Positions 17,565-21,692 of a DNA stretch of 21,692 nt are shown one piece after another. Origin of the DNA: Candidatus Hodarchaeum mangrovi (GTDB lineage Archaea; Asgardarchaeota; Heimdallarchaeia; Hodarchaeales; Hodarchaeaceae). Within the stretch, counting starts at the first letter, position 1; each line of letters begins with the position of its first letter. The notes under the pieces are model-generated. The model did no database searches. It saw nothing but the letters and a program-made list of their open reading frames with translations, and had not been told where the DNA came from. A program made the translations under genes and the position numbers. The stretch covers positions 1 to 21,692 of the forward strand of contig JAEOUE010000287.1 in the NCBI GenBank assembly GCA_016839515.1, in the 5' to 3' direction.

Positions 17565-18683
17565 ATGGCAGAGAAAGACAATTCCATTTTAATTGTAGGT
17601 ACAGGAACAATAGGAGAACCTTTAACAGGATTACTTGCAGATTCAGCAATTTCTAGTAATCTTGGTATTGATGAATTGATTTTTTATAAACATACACCCA
17701 GATTGACTGATAGACCAATGTTAAGAGGTTTATTAAATAAGGGAAAAAATACACACATGTGTACACAAGTCGAAAAGTTTGATCAGTTTCGAGGAATTGG
17801 CATTGAACCAACTTACACATTTGAAGAAGCACTGGGACGAGCAAAGGTAGTTGTGGACTGCTCTTCTGAAGGTATGGGAGTCCGTAACCGTGAGTTATTC
17901 TATGAAAAAATACAGAATGAGGTGGTAGCTTTTCTTGGACAGGGGAGTGAACATGGCTTTGGAATCCCCTTTGGGGTCGGTTTGAATGATGAGGTGCTTA
18001 CCCGGAAGGATTCTAAATTTATTCAAGTAGTAAGTTGTAACACTCATGCAGGTTCAAGAACTCTAAAGAATCTTGCTTTTGATAAGGATGGACGAAGTAT
18101 TCTCAGTGAGGCCCGTTTCATCTTTATGAGAAGAGCAACCGATGTTTCTCAAGAAGGTAAGTTTATTGCTGCTCCCAGTGTGGGCATTCATAAGGATCCT
18201 ACCTTTGGTACTCATCATGCAAAAGATATTTACCGCTTATATTCGACCCTAGGATATCATTTGAATGTTTTTTCATCTGCAATAAAATTACCCACTCAAT
18301 ATATGCATACTTCCTATTTTAATCTAGTTTTAGATAAAAAAATTGTTTCGTGTCTTGAAGACGTTATTGATCGATTTATTACTGATCCATATGTCGCTGT
18401 TACTAATAAAACTGATGCCAATGTTATTTTCTCCTTTGGAAGAGAGTATGGTCATTATGGACGAATATTAAACCAAACTGTCATTGTTTTACCCAGTTTA
18501 ATGGTCAGACAAAGTGAACTTTTTACTGATAAGGTAGAAATTGTAGGTTATTCGTATACTCCACAGGATGGGAACAGCCTCCTTAGTTCTACATCTGCAG
18601 TCGCTTATTTCTTGAATCCTGAAGAAGTTATTCTTGGTGAACCAATCCCCTGTCTGAAACCATATATGTTCTCAGAAGTATAA
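17565..18683 (+). CDS. Divergent archaeal (type II) glyceraldehyde-3-phosphate dehydrogenase-like protein
   Basis: GTGTIG Rossmann motif, VVDCS, GQGSE, VVSCNTH (catalytic Cys), MRRATD, GTHH, PTQYMH and PQDGN correspond to the type II GAPDH motifs GYGTIG, VVSCNTT, RRAAD, SHH, TLMH and HQES. GTGAT SD-like element upstream. Confidence 0.78.
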   Translation: MAEKDNSILIVGTGTIGEPLTGLLADSAISSNLGIDELIFYKHTPRLTDRPMLRGLLNKGKNTHMCTQVEKFDQFRGIGIEPTYTFEEALGRAKVVVDCSSEGMGVRNRELFYEKIQNEVVAFLGQGSEHGFGIPFGVGLNDEVLTRKDSKFIQVVSCNTHAGSRTLKNLAFDKDGRSILSEARFIFMRRATDVSQEGKFIAAPSVGIHKDPTFGTHHAKDIYRLYSTLGYHLNVFSSAIKLPTQYMHTSYFNLVLDKKIVSCLEDVIDRFITDPYVAVTNKTDANVIFSFGREYGHYGRILNQTVIVLPSLMVRQSELFTDKVEIVGYSYTPQDGNSLLSSTSAVAYFLNPEEVILGEPIPCLKPYMFSEV

Positions 18684-18752
18684 TTCTAAAAAAGATAATA
18701 TCTAGAAATTTAGGAGTCTTCATAAATCAAAGATTCACTAATATTTTTGAGC

Positions 18753-18778
18753 TATCTGGGATATTTATAATCCAGATA
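18753..18778 (+). promoter_or_regulatory. TATA box flanked by an inverted repeat upstream of the giant surface-protein gene
   Basis: TATCTGG (18753-18759) and CCAGATA (18772-18778) bracket TTTATAA (18764-18770). Confidence 0.35.
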
Positions 18779-18824
18779 TAAAATTTAAGATAAGATCATG
18801 TTCCCTTTTTCAAGGTGAATTACT

Positions 18825-21692
18825 TTGATTTTTAGGAATAAAATTCGCTGGACTTCCTTAATTTATGAATTTATAATATTATTCCTAATAATTTTCAGTT
18901 TACTACCAATTGAGCTAATAAATTCAATTAATTTTCCAAAAAGTGAAGAAAAAACTAATGAACAAGACATCCCCAATTATTTCAGAATTCCTAAATTAAT
19001 GAGAGAGGAAAAATACCATCATCCTGATTATGTTGATACAAATGATCAAAGTAATTCTTCATCTGACTCTAGGATAGATTATTTTGTTCCTGATTGTAAA
19101 ATTGGTCCTCAAATTGGTATAGGAGGAGGGAATTTTTTAATTAATGAATATTCAAATTTATCAAATTCAGAGAGTTTACAATTGATAGATTCTTCTATTT
19201 TTGCAAATACCCATACTGATTCCTTTAATATCATCATTCCTGACGGTTATTCAAATACAACTGGTTGGTTCAATATTACTAATGTTTCGTCATTATCAGA
19301 CTGGCGGCATATTGAAAATGACCGAAATGGAGATTTCAAACTCCCTTCAGACCAAGTAAGCCCACCTGATTTTGAGGAGGTTGCAATGGAATTTTCTGTT
19401 GTTGAATCCTTCTTCAATCTATCCTCAGTTAGAATCTATTTGACATTAATCCAATCAAGTGGGGAAGAAGATCCAACAGGAGAGATTTTAATTGTGAACG
19501 GAACATGGAATTCTGCCCAATCTAGATGGGAACCAGATACATCAGATGTATTGGGCTCGACATCGTTATTGGCTATTTCAGGGTGGCGAACCTATAGTTT
19601 TGGCTCAGATATTACCTTAAAAAATAACAGACATTATTATATTGTTCTAAATGATACAACAACTACCGATGCAATATGGGAATGGGGGGCTCAAAAAGAT
19701 CCAGCAGCGAATGATGCCTTCAACGATTCAGAGGACGAGGGATGGTTTTTCTTTAAAAATAATCATGGGGGAATCTGGTATGATAATGTATTTACTGAAA
19801 AATATGACTTGAATCTCAGAATACAAGGGACACCGGTGGAATTTAATGGGAGTTCCTACACACCCAAAATATATTATACTCCGCAAAGCTTAAATTTTAT
19901 TTACAATAATTCTCTAGAGGAAACTCCCTTATCGAATTTTCTTTGGTTTGAATGGAATGGAACATCAAATAATATTCATAGGTTTTATACAAACACTTCG
20001 GTGAGTTTTGATCTTTCTTGGATAGTTAATATCTCCTCAAATAATAATCCTATACCTTTTAATACCTCATTCTTAACACTGAATGGTAGTATGAGCCAAT
20101 GGTATCTATACTTCACAACAACAACCATTGCAACCTCAAATTCCATAAATAATAGAACTATTTCGATCACAGAATTACCTGATGACTGGAATGCTACAAT
20201 TATATATCTCAATGGATCAATAGATTTCAATACTACTTCCTTGGGAGGACTAAACAGTTCGATCAGTTATTTGAACCAATCAAAATCAATGATGATTAAA
20301 TCATCTTCAATTGATGCGTTTTATTGGAATATTAGCTTTCAAGCCCCAAATTATTTTTATAAAATGGAAATCAGTAGAGAAAGTTCTATTTTAAATTTTC
20401 CCTACGAAATAAATGCTACAGATATTCTAGAAATTGAATTCCAAGTAGGTTATTCTGGAAATATTACTTATTGGATAGATTCACCAGATGGTAGTAATCT
20501 TCTCAGTAAACAAAATATTAATTCTACACACACTGTATTTAGTGATTTATGGGATGTAAATAGTACTATTAGCCAAACAACTGAAATTAATGGGAGTTAT
20601 CAAATTCAGGCATTTTGGAGAAGTCCAGATGAATTAAAAGTGGGGACTTATACCAGGAAAATTGATATATTTGTTAATACATCCTTGACAGTGTCATTCG
20701 AGACAAAAATTATTATTGGTCAGTTATTCAACATCTCTTCAATCTACAAAAGTTTGCATAACTCTTCTAATGTCCTCAATGCGCAAATTATTTGTAAATC
20801 TAATTGGACTTCAGATACATATATGAACCAATTACCAGATCTAACATATAATGCTTCTTTTAAAACCACTGGTAGATTGGCTGGGGAAATTGGAGAACTC
20901 ATAATTACTACTCAGGTTCGCTGGTTTGTTAACTGGACAACAGTAATTAATGTTAAATTCATTGAAGATTCTTTTCTTTCTATAAATGCCACTAAATTAT
21001 TTTTACAATGGCGAGAAAATACTACATTGATGATTGAATTTAACAGCACGAGTTCAGAACGAATTATAGATGCAAATATCTCTTTCAACGGTGATTTAAA
21101 CGATTTTTTCGAGGATTATGGAATATACCTCTACAAACTTAATTCAAGCGATTATCCAGGAATTGGTACCTATATTAATCTTAAAATTAATGCATCACAT
21201 ACTAATTATGTATCCCAAGAGACTTTTATCAATCTAACGATTACTCCTGGCAAAACAGATGTAATTTGCAATTATATAGGCCTACCAATTTCAAATCTGA
21301 CTGAAGGAGTGGTTATCCCTTATTCCAATTACTCTAGCGATGATCTATTGATTAATTTTCAATATTATTCTTCTTTAATTGGAGATACTATTAATACAGA
21401 CACAATTTTTGTAGCTTCATCTCTTCCCTATATTAATCCTCTAAAAGAGACTAATTTAACATGGACTCTTGAAATTAGACCAAATATGACTGGTAATTAT
21501 CTGATAAATGTTACTTTCAATGCTAATAATTACAATACAAGTTCTTTCATCTTTAATCTTACTTTGGTGAAAGCTCAGACGAATTTACCCTCAAATGTAG
21601 AATCACCTTCGTTTGTTTATTATAATGAGTATGAAGATTTCTATATTATATACAACAATACGGATTATAATGAGAGTATTACAGGCTTAACA
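18825..21692 (+). CDS. Giant secreted/cell-surface glycoprotein, 3'-truncated (at least 956 aa); absent from the ORF track
   Basis: Translated by hand: TTG at 18825 with AAGGTGA 6 nt upstream, reading MIFRNKIRWTSLIYEFIILFLIIFSLLP (signal/anchor helix). No stop to the window end (..YNNTDYNESITGLT). About 50 N-x-S/T sequons by manual count and a beta-strand-rich composition. Confidence 0.88.
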   Translation, partial: MIFRNKIRWTSLIYEFIILFLIIFSLLPIELINSINFPKSEEKTNEQDIPNYFRIPKLMREEKYHHPDYVDTNDQSNSSSDSRIDYFVPDCKIGPQIGIGGGNFLINEYSNLSNSESLQLIDSSIFANTHTDSFNIIIPDGYSNTTGWFNITNVSSLSDWRHIENDRNGDFKLPSDQVSPPDFEEVAMEFSVVESFFNLSSVRIYLTLIQSSGEEDPTGEILIVNGTWNSAQSRWEPDTSDVLGSTSLLAISGWRTYSFGSDITLKNNRHYYIVLNDTTTTDAIWEWGAQKDPAANDAFNDSEDEGWFFFKNNHGGIWYDNVFTEKYDLNLRIQGTPVEFNGSSYTPKIYYTPQSLNFIYNNSLEETPLSNFLWFEWNGTSNNIHRFYTNTSVSFDLSWIVNISSNNNPIPFNTSFLTLNGSMSQWYLYFTTTTIATSNSINNRTISITELPDDWNATIIYLNGSIDFNTTSLGGLNSSISYLNQSKSMMIKSSSIDAFYWNISFQAPNYFYKMEISRESSILNFPYEINATDILEIEFQVGYSGNITYWIDSPDGSNLLSKQNINSTHTVFSDLWDVNSTISQTTEINGSYQIQAFWRSPDELKVGTYTRKIDIFVNTSLTVSFETKIIIGQLFNISSIYKSLHNSSNVLNAQIICKSNWTSDTYMNQLPDLTYNASFKTTGRLAGEIGELIITTQVRWFVNWTTVINVKFIEDSFLSINATKLFLQWRENTTLMIEFNSTSSERIIDANISFNGDLNDFFEDYGIYLYKLNSSDYPGIGTYINLKINASHTNYVSQETFINLTITPGKTDVICNYIGLPISNLTEGVVIPYSNYSSDDLLINFQYYSSLIGDTINTDTIFVASSLPYINPLKETNLTWTLEIRPNMTGNYLINVTFNANNYNTSSFIFNLTLVKAQTNLPSNVESPSFVYYNEYEDFYIIYNNTDYNESITGLT

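Noticed and set aside
18798-18818. ATG at 18798 in frame with the giant ORF but interrupted by TGA at 18816 (possible selenocysteine or read-through)
   Set aside because: The TGA is part of the SD element AAGGTGA serving TTG 18825. There is no redox motif context, and the TTG start gives a normal signal peptide.
1251-20230. Short alternative-frame or antisense ORFs in the track (1251, 4546, 5019, 6654, 11152, 11536, 12744, 13048, 15044, 15458, 15710, 16124, 17025, 17653, 19985)
   Set aside because: All lie wholly or largely within well-supported genes and show no motifs, so they are shadow ORFs.
1-21692. CRISPR arrays, tRNA/rRNA genes, IS elements, prophage or integrase genes
   Set aside because: No regularly spaced repeats, GC-rich structured RNA islands, or transposase/integrase motifs were seen. 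Intergenic gaps are all under 300 bp.

Overview
AT-rich, gene-dense chromosomal segment that looks archaeal: GGTGA/GGAGG-type ribosome-binding sites, TATA-like promoters, oligo-T terminators, a type II GAPDH-like gene, a TIGR00267-type VIT1/CCC1 gene and a giant N-glycosylation-sequon-rich surface protein. An Asgard (Heimdallarchaeia/Hodarchaeales-like) origin is my inference and is not proven. I can support 18 CDSs: acyl-CoA ligase (5'-truncated), a membrane-anchored secreted protein, a COG1237 MBL-fold hydrolase, a TRASH-like Zn finger membrane protein, a HypD-type glycyl radical enzyme with its activase, CorA, an aldo/keto reductase, an orphan SPPY-type DNA methyltransferase, a DUF3467-like protein, a stand-alone Smr domain, an APC permease with USP-like tail, a Mer-like LLM oxidoreductase, VIT1/CCC1, thiolase, a PfkB kinase, a divergent type II GAPDH, and a surface glycoprotein of at least 956 aa that the ORF track missed because it runs off the window. 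I saw no rRNA, tRNA, CRISPR array or transposase. Three leads stand out. (1) The corA upstream region can fold into two mutually exclusive structures that hide or free the Shine-Dalgarno site (candidate metal-sensing RNA switch). (2) The DUF3467-like protein ends in an HbYX-type tail (YYG) and lies head-to-head with the stand-alone Smr nuclease (candidate proteasome-linked quality-control module). (3) The HypD has a short activase lacking the ferredoxin insert and no adjacent proC. All family calls come from motif recognition by eye; no searches were run.
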